A stretch of 64,000 bases of DNA from an uncultured Candidatus Saccharibacteria bacterium (lineage in GTDB: Bacteria; Patescibacteriota; Minisyncoccia; Phycocordibacterales; SIBU01): the NCBI GenBank assembly GCA_964430335.1, contig CAYSEN010000001.1:1653-65652 (forward strand), in the 5' to 3' direction. Position 1 is the first letter of the stretch, and each line of letters begins with the position of its first letter. The notes beneath the pieces were generated by a model. That model saw only the letters and a list, made by a program, of their open reading frames with translations, was not told the origin of the DNA and did no database searches. The translations under genes were made by a program, and so were the position numbers. Of this stretch, positions 17,997-27,710 are shown piece by piece.

Positions 17997-20373
17997 CTTC
18001 GTCAATTTTCTCAAATACAAGAAGCACCGTGTCGGCCTTTTTGTCCCTGATGTATCTTGTTAAAACATTTCTCTTCCCTCCCTCCTTTTGGTTTAGAGGA
18101 GAAAATGCTTCAGGAGTTAGTTCGGACAGTCTCAATTCAACACACTCAAAAGGCAAAGTTCCGGATTCTTTTTTCTGTTTAATTTCTTCGGCGGTCATTG
18201 ATTTAGAGGAGAAAAGACCGACACTTTGGTCATTTCTCACAATATCCATCGAGTATATTTCGTGGACCTGTTCTGCTCCCGTTCCTACGAAACCTCTCTC
18301 TACGTAATTCGAGGCAATTGCCTCGGTAGCAGTACAGCTGGCTTCGATTACAGAGTCTTTGGCCACAACGTCGAGTGATTTCTGCATCAAAGCCTCCCCG
18401 ATACCAGAACCACGATATCTTGGATTCATGTTGAAAGCGCCGAAGTATGTAGTATCAGACTCAGTAATGCCAAGTCGATAAAAACCTTCAATGACTCCTT
18501 CGTATCTTAGAATGTAAAATCGATTTGCAGGGTCTCTTACAACAGAGTCAAATCGCTCGATAAGCATTTTTTGGAATTTTGGGTATAGGATGTAATTAAT
18601 TTTATACAGCTCTTTCATTCGGTCGACGTCTGCCGGCGACAGCTCCCCACCACTAACTTCACTTTCGAAACTAACCCCTTTGATTTCTGAAAAATCAGGA
18701 GTCTCGCCGTTTTGAGAAAATTCTCTAAATGATGCGGCGAAGAGTGAGGCATCTGCACGAGTGAGCTCAAGTTCTTTTTCGAGTTCTTCCGCTGTAACAG
18801 TTTCAGCTCCCGCAGAATTTAATCTGGTGGCGAATCCTGAGAGCAAATCCCTTCCTCGACGCATCAAATTGTCTTGAATAGATGAAATTGTGGCCTCGTT
18901 GGCATCTTTGCCGTAGTGTTCTCGAACATAGGAACCAGCGGATTCGGCAGCGTCGACTAGCTCAGAATATTTGATAAAAATTCTTTCAGCCTGGTCCTGT
19001 GGCAATTTTTCACCAAGTTCAACAATACTGTCACCAAATTCACGGCCATATTCTAGAGAAAGGAACGTGCGAAAGCCGGTTTTTCCGTATCTGGAAACAA
19101 AATTTTGTACAGGTGGAATATGCTTCGCTTCTTTTGTTTTTATAAAATTTAGAAACTGAAATTGTTCGGACAATGACATTTCTGAAATTTTTATTCCGAA
19201 ATCTTTCTCCACTCTTTCACGTGTTGGTTTTCGTAATAGATACGCATAACTGGCCAAGTCTTCTTCATTGGCTTCACCAAACACTGCCAAATCCTCAACG
19301 CGCGCCACCCTCATTGTTGAATAAATTTCAGAATAAAGTGAACTTCTTTCTTGCATTAATGGATAGCCCATAGAAATTTGCCCACTTTTTCTCAAAATTT
19401 TATCTATATCCTCACTTAATTCAGAAATTCTACCCACAAGATCCTCTAGTTTTTTACGGTCAGATGGTTCACTTATATACAAAACATCATCTAGATGAAA
19501 TGCGTAGCGATCGCCAGTTATTAAAACCGGCAGATGGTCCTGATCAGAACCCCAGTCTCCATTTTCCATCGCAGAATATACTTCTTTGGCTCTTACATTT
19601 AACAAATAACTACCTTGTTGTTTTTCTACTGCTTCGTTGAGCAATTGTCGAAGACGAGGAGCCTCTTTTTCTGAAAAACTTGTGTCTGCAGAAATAAAAT
19701 AAAGTCGTTTTAAAAATTCGATAAAATTTGCGGTTTTGGAATAATTATCTGGATTTTTAAAATCGAGATTCCTTTCTATTGCACTGTCATAAGCACCGCC
19801 TGAAAACGCATGTAAATATTGGAGTGAGCTCATTAGGTCCTGTCTAAGAAATTTACTTGCTCCATATCTTCCTACCGCCTGAGCAGTTTCATCGATTAAA
19901 ATGTCGGGTCTAACAAAGTGATTTTGTCCAAAAATGTTTTCTATTGCACCTGCGCCGTTTGGATATTTTTCATAGAGTTTCAGATTGGCACGAAACGCCT
20001 TATCACCAATAGACTCATCGTTTGGATTTAGCCTAGTTAAATCTGTATTTATCATTAAACCTTGGGTAATTTTCACAACCATATCGAAATCTATTTTTCC
20101 ACCCTCGCTAGATCTTTCTAAGGTCTGTAAATTTCTTTCAACGAGCAAATCGACCGACTCTTGTGACAGTTGGTGCCTTTGAGGAACTTGTGGCAAAACA
20201 CTCATTAATCCCTCCAGTTCCTCATCAGTTAAATTTTGTATGGTTTCGTTTATTTTTTCCTCATCTTTGCTTTCGATAAGAGAAATCAAATTCCTAGGCA
20301 ACTCAACACCCTCTCCTGTTCTGTCAGGAATTTCTCTACCAGAAGCCTCTTCCAAAAAATTTTCATGTGCCAT
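17944..20373 (-). CDS. large (809 aa) cytoplasmic protein with C-terminal GNAT acetyltransferase-like domain
   Basis: GNAT core NMNPRYRGSGIGEALMQ ... VERGFV near residues 620-700. The N-terminal 600 aa is of unknown family. Confidence 0.55.
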   Translation of the reverse strand: MAHENFLEEASGREIPDRTGEGVELPRNLISLIESKDEEKINETIQNLTDEELEGLMSVLPQVPQRHQLSQESVDLLVERNLQTLERSSEGGKIDFDMVVKITQGLMINTDLTRLNPNDESIGDKAFRANLKLYEKYPNGAGAIENIFGQNHFVRPDILIDETAQAVGRYGASKFLRQDLMSSLQYLHAFSGGAYDSAIERNLDFKNPDNYSKTANFIEFLKRLYFISADTSFSEKEAPRLRQLLNEAVEKQQGSYLLNVRAKEVYSAMENGDWGSDQDHLPVLITGDRYAFHLDDVLYISEPSDRKKLEDLVGRISELSEDIDKILRKSGQISMGYPLMQERSSLYSEIYSTMRVARVEDLAVFGEANEEDLASYAYLLRKPTRERVEKDFGIKISEMSLSEQFQFLNFIKTKEAKHIPPVQNFVSRYGKTGFRTFLSLEYGREFGDSIVELGEKLPQDQAERIFIKYSELVDAAESAGSYVREHYGKDANEATISSIQDNLMRRGRDLLSGFATRLNSAGAETVTAEELEKELELTRADASLFAASFREFSQNGETPDFSEIKGVSFESEVSGGELSPADVDRMKELYKINYILYPKFQKMLIERFDSVVRDPANRFYILRYEGVIEGFYRLGITESDTTYFGAFNMNPRYRGSGIGEALMQKSLDVVAKDSVIEASCTATEAIASNYVERGFVGTGAEQVHEIYSMDIVRNDQSVGLFSSKSMTAEEIKQKKESGTLPFECVELRLSELTPEAFSPLNQKEGGKRNVLTRYIRDKKADTVLLVFEKIDEANLQTFSRPTQMSRLAE

Positions 20374-20471
20374 GCAACAATTATAGAAAATGTGACGTAA
20401 AAAGCTATTGAATTTGTTTTTTTAGCTCTTTCTCCTATACTAATAACACCTTACCACTTAACCATAAACAC

Positions 20472-20999
20472 ATGTCGGGACATAACAAATGGTCACAAAT
20501 TAAAAGACAGAAGGAGAAAACTGACGGTCAGAAAAGTAAGATGTTTTCTAAATATGGCAAATTGATTGCCATTGAAGCAAAAAAGGCTAACGGTAATCGC
20601 GAAGCTGCCGGACTTAAGGCCGTGATTGAGCGTGCAAAGGCTGAAAACATGCCAAATGACAACATCGAGCGTGCCATCAAAAAAGCTACGGATAACTCTA
20701 TCCCTCTTGAATCGATTACCTACGAAGCCTACGGACCAGGAGGGTGCGCTATGGTAATTGAAGCCTTGACTGACAATCGTAATAAAGCTGCCCAAGAGAT
20801 TAAATTTATTCTTTCACAAAACGGTTTCGCTCTTGCTGGAATGGGAGCGGCTACTTGGGCTTTTGCTAAAGAAGGCATGGTTTGGAAGCCAACCACCACG
20901 GTTCCTCTTGAAGATGCTGACTTGGAAAAATTGAGTAAATTGGTTGAGGACTTGGAAAATAATGATGAGGTACAGGACGTCTTCACAAACGTAGAATAA
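20472..20999 (+). CDS. yebC: YebC/PmpR-family protein (short, 175 aa)
   Basis: MSGHNKWSQIKRQKEKTD...MPNDNIERAIKKA matches the YebC N-terminus. Lies immediately upstream of ruvC, as in the classical yebC-ruvC arrangement. Confidence 0.7.
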   Translation: MSGHNKWSQIKRQKEKTDGQKSKMFSKYGKLIAIEAKKANGNREAAGLKAVIERAKAENMPNDNIERAIKKATDNSIPLESITYEAYGPGGCAMVIEALTDNRNKAAQEIKFILSQNGFALAGMGAATWAFAKEGMVWKPTTTVPLEDADLEKLSKLVEDLENNDEVQDVFTNVE

Positions 21000-21001
21000 A
21001 A

Positions 21002-21478
21002 ATGAAAATCCTCGCTGTAGACCCGGGGTATGAAAAAATCGGCATAGCCATACTCGAGAAAAATTCTGGCAAAGAAGAGTTGGTTTTTTCTGAGTGTTTT
21101 AAAACCTCCCGAAAAATTTCTCCCCAAGAAAGACTTCTCTCCCTTGGACAAGAGGTTATGAGGGTTATTGAGGAATATCATCCATCAGCTCTTTCGATTG
21201 AAAAACTTTTTTTTGAAGTAAATCAAAAAACTGCCATGCTGGTCTCAGAAGCAAGGGGTGTAATTATCTACGAAGCCGTGAAGGCGGGCTTAAAAATTGA
21301 GGAATTTACACCACTTCAAGTTAAAGTGGCGGTAACTAGCTACGGTAAGAGTTCGAAGAACCAAGTGAAATATATGGTTGATAGGTTGATCAAAATAAAA
21401 AAATCTATAAAAGAGGATGACGAATATGATGCTATTGCACTTGGTTTAACTTATTTTGCTTGTGTAGGCAAAAACTAA
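21002..21478 (+). CDS. ruvC: Holliday junction resolvase RuvC
   Basis: ILAVDPGYEKIGIAI N-terminal catalytic motif. About 158 aa. Confidence 0.8.
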   Translation: MKILAVDPGYEKIGIAILEKNSGKEELVFSECFKTSRKISPQERLLSLGQEVMRVIEEYHPSALSIEKLFFEVNQKTAMLVSEARGVIIYEAVKAGLKIEEFTPLQVKVAVTSYGKSSKNQVKYMVDRLIKIKKSIKEDDEYDAIALGLTYFACVGKN

Positions 21479-21479
21479 C

Positions 21480-22082
21480 ATGGAAAACATTTTGTACTTA
21501 AAATTTGCATCTTCGGTCTTGGCAAGCATCATCACGTTTTTTGGTTTTTACCCTTACATAAAAGATATATTTGCCGGGAACACAAAACCTCATTTGTACA
21601 CATGGCTTATCTGGTCACTAACCCAAATTACGAATGCGATTATTGTTGCAAGAGGAGGAGCGGGTTATCTAGCCTCTATATCATTCGTTACTGGGTCATC
21701 GCTTGTTTCATTAGTATTTATACTCAGTATCAAATATGGAACTAAAAATATTACCAAGACTGACACTAGCTTACTGATATTAGAATTGGTCGCAATTTTA
21801 TTTTTATGGAAATTCAATGACCCACTGACCTCACTCTTATTAATTTCCTTCATTGATCTGGCTGGTTACATTCCAACTATAAGAAAGTCGTTTGAGGAAC
21901 CATGGAGTGAATCTTTAATATTTTGGATCTTAATGAATGTTGGAAATATTTTTACATTAATAGCTCTCAACAAATACAACATTTTAACCACTTTTTACTT
22001 AATTATTCTCTTTGTAGGCAATAGTGCAGTTTTTTCGGTATGTATACTTAGAAGGAGAATTATTGATAAGATAAGCAAATAA
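21480..22082 (+). CDS. hypothetical polytopic membrane protein
   Basis: About 6 hydrophobic helices. Confidence 0.45.
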   Translation: MENILYLKFASSVLASIITFFGFYPYIKDIFAGNTKPHLYTWLIWSLTQITNAIIVARGGAGYLASISFVTGSSLVSLVFILSIKYGTKNITKTDTSLLILELVAILFLWKFNDPLTSLLLISFIDLAGYIPTIRKSFEEPWSESLIFWILMNVGNIFTLIALNKYNILTTFYLIILFVGNSAVFSVCILRRRIIDKISK

Positions 22083-22290
22083 GTTGTCCACAGAAAGCAG
22101 GTATTTGCAAAAAAAATGGCTATTTGATAAAACTATGACACTAGGGTGTTTCCTTTAAAAAGAACAAGGAAAATACTCATTAACAATTAACTTTTTGTTC
22201 ATGGACGACGAGAACGAGACATTAGATCCAGATCTTATGGATGAAGCATCTCCAGATCTAGGAGATGGTGAGGAAGAAGACATGATATAA

Positions 22291-22324
22291 AAATAAACCC
22301 CCTTTAAAGGGGGTTTATTTTTAT
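22291..22324. terminator. bidirectional terminator (serves tyrS on the minus strand)
   Basis: aaataaaccccctttaaagggggtttattttt. Confidence 0.8.
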
Positions 22325-22325
22325 A

Positions 22326-23540
22326 TCATTTGATTGTTACTTTTAGGAATCGATGTTTCCCGACCTTAAACACAGCGGAAGATTCAACTTTGAAGTTAAA
22401 ATCCAAAATCTTTACGACTTTTCCATCCGATTCTAGAAAACCGACCGCGTTTTCCCCAACAAGCCTTCTCCATTCTGACTTTGAAGATATTAGGCTGGTT
22501 TTGAGCAGACACTCGGACAAAAGGCTTCCCTTCTCTGATTCAATTTCTGGTATCTCGTCTGGAATTTCACCTTTGCTAAAAGTTTTAAGAAAATTTTCTT
22601 TCGCAACTTTAGCTTTTTTGTCTCCGTAGTAAACAGCCACTACCTTTTCTGCAAGTCTCAATTTCAAATCTCTAGGATTAACTCCGGATTCTAAACTTTT
22701 TTTAATATCGGCTATTTCGGAAAGTGGCACGGTTGTACACAATTCAAAAACCGGCAAAATAAAGTCATCAGACCAACTCATTACTTTGCCAAAAATTTCA
22801 TCTGGTTTTTCGTTTAAAGAAACCATGTTCCCCTCTGTTTTACCCATTTTTTTGCCAGTAGAGTCGACAAGCAACTTCATTGAAATAACCACCTTTTCTT
22901 TGTCGTTTAGCTTTTTAAGCAAATCCCTACCCATCAACATATTAAAGGTTTGGTCATTTCCTCCTATCTCTCCATCTACATTCATCGCAACCGAATCGTA
23001 ACCTTGTAAGACAGGGTAAAGGAATTCACTTAAATACAGATCTTTTCCTTCACTAATTCTTTTCTGGAACATGTCTCGCTTAATGGTCTGAGCATAGGTT
23101 ACATTTGAAAGAAGTTTGGCAATGTCCACCATCGATAATTTATTTATCCACTTTGAATTATATTTTAATTCGGCAGGATTATTGCCTGAAAAATTCAAAA
23201 TCTTTGAAACCTGCTTTTTGTAGAACTTGGCGTTGGCTACAACTTGTTCGCGAGTAAGAGGGACTCTCATCGACATTTTATCAGGATCGCCAATCATGGC
23301 TGTAAAATCTCCGATCAGTAAAATAATTTTATGTCCTAATTTCTGGAATTGAGCCAATTTTAGCATCGGAATTACATGACCAAGATGAAGGGTTGGTCCT
23401 GTAGGGTCGGCTCCTAAATATATAGTTAATTTCTCACTTTTTGAGAGTTTTTCTTGCAAATATTCCCTGCTCGGGTATATTCGCTCAACTCCTCGGGTTA
23501 ACAGTTCGTTAATTATTTCTTGATTTTCCATGAACAACAT
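22326..23540 (-). CDS. tyrS: tyrosyl-tRNA synthetase
   Basis: HIGH motif LHLGH, KMSKS-like KMGKT and a C-terminal S4-like domain. The true start may be the internal Met (MENQEI, about 23531). Confidence 0.9.
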   Translation of the reverse strand: MLFMENQEIINELLTRGVERIYPSREYLQEKLSKSEKLTIYLGADPTGPTLHLGHVIPMLKLAQFQKLGHKIILLIGDFTAMIGDPDKMSMRVPLTREQVVANAKFYKKQVSKILNFSGNNPAELKYNSKWINKLSMVDIAKLLSNVTYAQTIKRDMFQKRISEGKDLYLSEFLYPVLQGYDSVAMNVDGEIGGNDQTFNMLMGRDLLKKLNDKEKVVISMKLLVDSTGKKMGKTEGNMVSLNEKPDEIFGKVMSWSDDFILPVFELCTTVPLSEIADIKKSLESGVNPRDLKLRLAEKVVAVYYGDKKAKVAKENFLKTFSKGEIPDEIPEIESEKGSLLSECLLKTSLISSKSEWRRLVGENAVGFLESDGKVVKILDFNFKVESSAVFKVGKHRFLKVTIK

Positions 23541-23594
23541 TTTAGCATAAACACCTTCTTAAAATCTTGTAAGGACGTGGTATTATATTATCCA

Positions 23595-26123
23595 ATGAAA
23601 CACAAAGAAACTGTGTCTAAGTATCGAATTTTAAAGGAATTATTCTTGGGTCTAATTATTTTAGGAACTATTGGCGTGGGTGGCGTACTACTTTGGGTTT
23701 CGACATTCACCATGCCTGACCTGTCCTCCTTTAGCGACAGAAAAGTTAGCGAATCAACAAAAATTTATGACCGAACAGGCAAAGTTCTACTTTACGACTT
23801 AAACCAGGGTACAAAAAGAACTAATGTCGCCGATAGCGAAATTTCAATAAATGTTAAAAATGCGACCGTCGCTATAGAGGACAGCGATTTTTACGAACAT
23901 CACGGTATTAAAATCACTTCCATTTTCAGAGCAATTATTGCCAATATTTTCTCTAGAGGTTACAGCCAAGGAGGTTCTACTATAACCCAACAAGTAGTAA
24001 AAAACTCGCTTCTTACAACTGAGAAAAAAATCTCAAGAAAACTGAAAGAGTGGGTTTTGGCCTTAAAACTAGAAAGAGTTCTCAACAAAACTGAAATCCT
24101 AGACATCTACTTAAACGAAGCTCCATACGGAGGGACTATTTACGGAATAGAAGAAGCTAGCCAAACATATTTTGGGAAAAAAGCTTTGGATTTAAGCCTG
24201 GCAGAATCTGCTTATCTCTCTGCCCTACCAAACGCTCCGAGCTACTATTCACCTTACGGCAACAATAAACAAAGACTAGAAGATAGAAAAAATTTGGTCC
24301 TATCAAAAATGCTTGAGAAAAAATTTATTACTCAAGAAGAATATGATAAAGCTAAGGCTGAAAAAGTAGCCTGGAGACCTCAAGAAAATACTGGAATCAA
24401 GGCGCCACATTTTGTGATGTATATTAGGCAGTATCTAGAAGAAAAGTATGGAAAATCGATGATAGAACAAGGTGGTTTGAAGGTGACAACCACATTAGAT
24501 TACGGCCTACAGGCAAAAGCTGAGGAATTGGCAAACAAATACGCACTCGAGAACGAAAAAAATTACAATGCCGAAAATGCTTCTATCGTGGCATTGGACC
24601 CGAAAACAGGACAGATTTTGGTAATGGTTGGTTCCAGAAATTATTTTGATAAAAACATTGATGGAAATTTCAACGTAGCGCTGGCCCACAGACAACCAGG
24701 TTCTTCATTTAAACCGATCGTCTACGCCGAAGCCTTCATAAAAGGTTATACACCGGACACGGCTGTTTTTGACTTACAGACCGAGTTCTCCTCCGAATGT
24801 AACCCAGACGGAACACCTATTGTGAAAGGTGATGAGAAGAAGTGTTACATGCCTGAAAATTATGATCATGTTTACAGAGGTCCTATAAGTTTCCGAAATG
24901 CACTAGCACAATCGATAAACGTACCGGCTATTAAAGCTCTTTACTTAGCGGGTTTAAAAGATTCGCTTAGATTGGCAAAAGATATGGGCATTAAAAGCCT
25001 TACCAACACTAATCAATACGGATTAACTCTCGTTTTGGGAGGCGGAGAAGTTTCCCTACTTGATATGAGTAGCGCTTACGGGACATTTGCAGCTAACGGT
25101 GTAAGAAATCCATACCAAGGAATATTAAAAGTGGAAGATAAAAATGGAACAGTTCTTGAACAATTCGAACCTCATCCAATCGAAGTGATGCCGGAGCAAG
25201 TCGCTTTAATGATTTCAGATGTTTTGAGCGACAACAAAGCTCGTACACCAGCTTTCGGTGAACATTCAGCTCTCTATATCGAGGATCGACCTGTGGCTGT
25301 CAAAACCGGTACCACCAACGACTACCGTGACGCGTGGATTATGGGATATACACCAAACCTTGTAGTAGGTGCTTGGGCCGGAAACAACGACAACAGCCCT
25401 ATGGAAAAAAAGGTGGCAGGCTTTATAATCGCTCCGCTTTGGAATGCGTTTATAAAAGAAGCTTTGAAACAATACCCAGTTGAGAATTTTAAAAAACCAG
25501 ACCCAATAGATAAATCAACTCTCAAACCAGCATTGGCCGGCTTTTGGCAAGGTGGTAAAGCTTACTTTGTAAATAAATTATCTGGAGAGAAAGCAACAGA
25601 CGCCACCCCTCCTGAACTTAGAGAAGAAAGAGTTATAAAACAAATCCACTCAATTCTTTTCTGGGTAGATAAAGACAACCCAGCAGGACCGGCACCAGTA
25701 AACCCTGACCAGGATCCTCAATTTAAACTTTGGGAATACCCTATCAGAAAGTGGGTTACGGCAAATAATGTTATTGAAGAAGGTGAAAATGTTATTCCTG
25801 TAAGCACCGACTCCATGCACGGGCCAGAGTCAATTCCAACAATTACCATTTCAAACCCAATTTCTGGAACTCTATATCCTAAAAATCAAAATATTGTTAT
25901 TACAGTAAATACAAGCGGAAGATTCCCAATCTCAAAGGTGGATTATTTCATCAATGGTGCTTTTGTGGGTTCAGCTACTAGAGCTCCATGGAGTTTTAGC
26001 TTCCTTCCTAGGGAGTTGGATACCTTAAGAACTGAAAATGAGCTAAAGGCGATCGTCTACGACACGGCCTTTAACCGAAGCGAAACAAAAATCACCTTTA
26101 ACATTGCTTCCTCTAGCATTTAG
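23595..26123 (+). CDS. class A penicillin-binding protein (glycosyltransferase GT51 plus transpeptidase)
   Basis: GT51 EDSDFYEHHGI. Transpeptidase SSFKP, SIN and KTGTT. Start chosen at MKHKETV to avoid overlap with tyrS. The ORF track extends to 23520. Confidence 0.85.
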   Translation: MKHKETVSKYRILKELFLGLIILGTIGVGGVLLWVSTFTMPDLSSFSDRKVSESTKIYDRTGKVLLYDLNQGTKRTNVADSEISINVKNATVAIEDSDFYEHHGIKITSIFRAIIANIFSRGYSQGGSTITQQVVKNSLLTTEKKISRKLKEWVLALKLERVLNKTEILDIYLNEAPYGGTIYGIEEASQTYFGKKALDLSLAESAYLSALPNAPSYYSPYGNNKQRLEDRKNLVLSKMLEKKFITQEEYDKAKAEKVAWRPQENTGIKAPHFVMYIRQYLEEKYGKSMIEQGGLKVTTTLDYGLQAKAEELANKYALENEKNYNAENASIVALDPKTGQILVMVGSRNYFDKNIDGNFNVALAHRQPGSSFKPIVYAEAFIKGYTPDTAVFDLQTEFSSECNPDGTPIVKGDEKKCYMPENYDHVYRGPISFRNALAQSINVPAIKALYLAGLKDSLRLAKDMGIKSLTNTNQYGLTLVLGGGEVSLLDMSSAYGTFAANGVRNPYQGILKVEDKNGTVLEQFEPHPIEVMPEQVALMISDVLSDNKARTPAFGEHSALYIEDRPVAVKTGTTNDYRDAWIMGYTPNLVVGAWAGNNDNSPMEKKVAGFIIAPLWNAFIKEALKQYPVENFKKPDPIDKSTLKPALAGFWQGGKAYFVNKLSGEKATDATPPELREERVIKQIHSILFWVDKDNPAGPAPVNPDQDPQFKLWEYPIRKWVTANNVIEEGENVIPVSTDSMHGPESIPTITISNPISGTLYPKNQNIVITVNTSGRFPISKVDYFINGAFVGSATRAPWSFSFLPRELDTLRTENELKAIVYDTAFNRSETKITFNIASSSI

Positions 26124-26131
26124 TATTTTGT

Positions 26132-26389
26132 CTACCTTAATCCTGAGATCTTAGTAGGTCCTAGATTATTTGATAGTTCTTTTAAAAAGAACTGTCTTTT
26201 AATGAACAATTCGCTTTTTAGTGCTGGAGAAGCTTTTACATACAAAACCCCTTCCCTTATTACAATATCCGCCAACTCTAATTTTAGATTCAAATGCTTT
26301 TCGACAAGTTCGGAAAAAATTTTTTTGACGGCAATATCTCCGAGTCCAAGCGATTTAAACTTTTCTAAGAAGAATGAGATTTTTTCCAT
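26132..26389 (-). CDS. DUF721/DciA-like small protein downstream of dnaN
   Basis: 85 aa with pattern VKKIFSEL...REGVLYVKASPALKSEL...LNNLGPTKI, resembling DUF721. Its position after dnaN is typical. Confidence 0.5.
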   Translation of the reverse strand: MEKISFFLEKFKSLGLGDIAVKKIFSELVEKHLNLKLELADIVIREGVLYVKASPALKSELFIKRQFFLKELSNNLGPTKISGLR

Positions 26390-26402
26390 ATTTAAAACCT
26401 CT

Positions 26403-27503
26403 TTATTTGTTCATTGGCATCACGAGGTAGGTAAACATCTTATCGGACACTCCTCTAATCACCACGGGCCTATTAGGGCCTGAGAACGACAAGCTAATAC
26501 TGTCTGTGTCTATTGATTGCAAACAATCATTTATATATCGGAAATTAAAATTCACTTCGTTGGACTCCCCTGTCATGGCCGAATCAATTAAGGTCGTGTT
26601 TTCACCTAAGGTTGTGTTTTTTGTGGTTAGTTGGAATTTCTTCTCAGAAGGTGCGATATTTAAATTGATTTGGTTAAAGGCGTCTGAAAAGATAGTACTG
26701 ATTTTTAAGGCTCTTATTAAATCTTCTTTTAAGACAACAACTTCGGTTTTAAACTCTTTAGGGATAATCTGTTGGTAATCAGGAAAAGCTCCTTCAATCA
26801 ATCTTGAGGTTAAGTAGGTACCTCCAAAAACAAAAGCGATTTGATGTTTGTTAAAACGAACTTCTATTGATTGAGGATTTTTCTCTAAAATCCTCATGAT
26901 TTCTGCAATATTTTTAAAAGGGATTAGAATCTTCTCGAATTCCTTACCAATTTTAAATTTTATTTTCTTTTCTGCTAGTCTAAATGAATCGGTCGCAGCA
27001 AAGACTACGTTATTATCATCTGAATAAACACAAACACTCGATAACTCTGGCTTGATACTTGAATTAGAAGAACTGTAAGACACAGACTTTAACCCCTTCA
27101 CAAAATCATGAGATTCAATTTCGAAAGACTGTTCGTTTGAGATCTCAGGGATAGTTGGAAAATCTTCTGAAGAAAAACACTTTATATTACTTTTACTTTT
27201 GTTGGAGGTGACAGTAAGAGTCAGCTCGTTACTCTCGAGTTTTATGTTTTTTTCATTAGAGATACTAGAAACAATAGAACTCAAAACATTTGCTGGAACA
27301 GCCAAAACACCCTCTTCATCAACCTTTGCCGGTATCGAGCTTTGGAAACCTAGGTCTAGGTTAGTGGACCTGATTTGTAGTAAACCTTTTTTAGCTTCAA
27401 TAAGTACACAAGAAAGCACTGGTAAGTTTAAATTCTTTCCAGCTATTTTCTCTGCTTGGTTTAGAACTTCCTGCAATTTGTTCTGTACACATTCTACTTT
27501 CAT
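26403..27503 (-). CDS. dnaN: DNA polymerase III beta sliding clamp
   Basis: 366 aa with a three-domain pattern. Immediately downstream of dnaA. Confidence 0.85.
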   Translation of the reverse strand: MKVECVQNKLQEVLNQAEKIAGKNLNLPVLSCVLIEAKKGLLQIRSTNLDLGFQSSIPAKVDEEGVLAVPANVLSSIVSSISNEKNIKLESNELTLTVTSNKSKSNIKCFSSEDFPTIPEISNEQSFEIESHDFVKGLKSVSYSSSNSSIKPELSSVCVYSDDNNVVFAATDSFRLAEKKIKFKIGKEFEKILIPFKNIAEIMRILEKNPQSIEVRFNKHQIAFVFGGTYLTSRLIEGAFPDYQQIIPKEFKTEVVVLKEDLIRALKISTIFSDAFNQINLNIAPSEKKFQLTTKNTTLGENTTLIDSAMTGESNEVNFNFRYINDCLQSIDTDSISLSFSGPNRPVVIRGVSDKMFTYLVMPMNK

Positions 27504-27710
27504 ATTCTATATATAAGATTATTACTACTACTAAGGGTGTGGATAATGTGTGTTTCTAATAATAATGTTGCTAATTAAGGTTTAAATGGAATTTTTAAAA
27601 ATGATAAGTTGTGGAAATCTTAGGAAGAATTGTGGGTGAAAAAATCAGAATCCATAAATCGTGTTTTTATTCCCCATACTGTTCTCCACTTTTACACAGG
27701 TTATCCACTT
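27504..27710. promoter_or_regulatory. DnaA-box cluster in dnaA-dnaN intergenic region (oriC-associated)
   Basis: Perfect TGTGGATAA at about 27538-27546, TTATCCACT at 27701-27709 and variants TTGTGGAAA at 27609. AT-rich. Confidence 0.5.
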
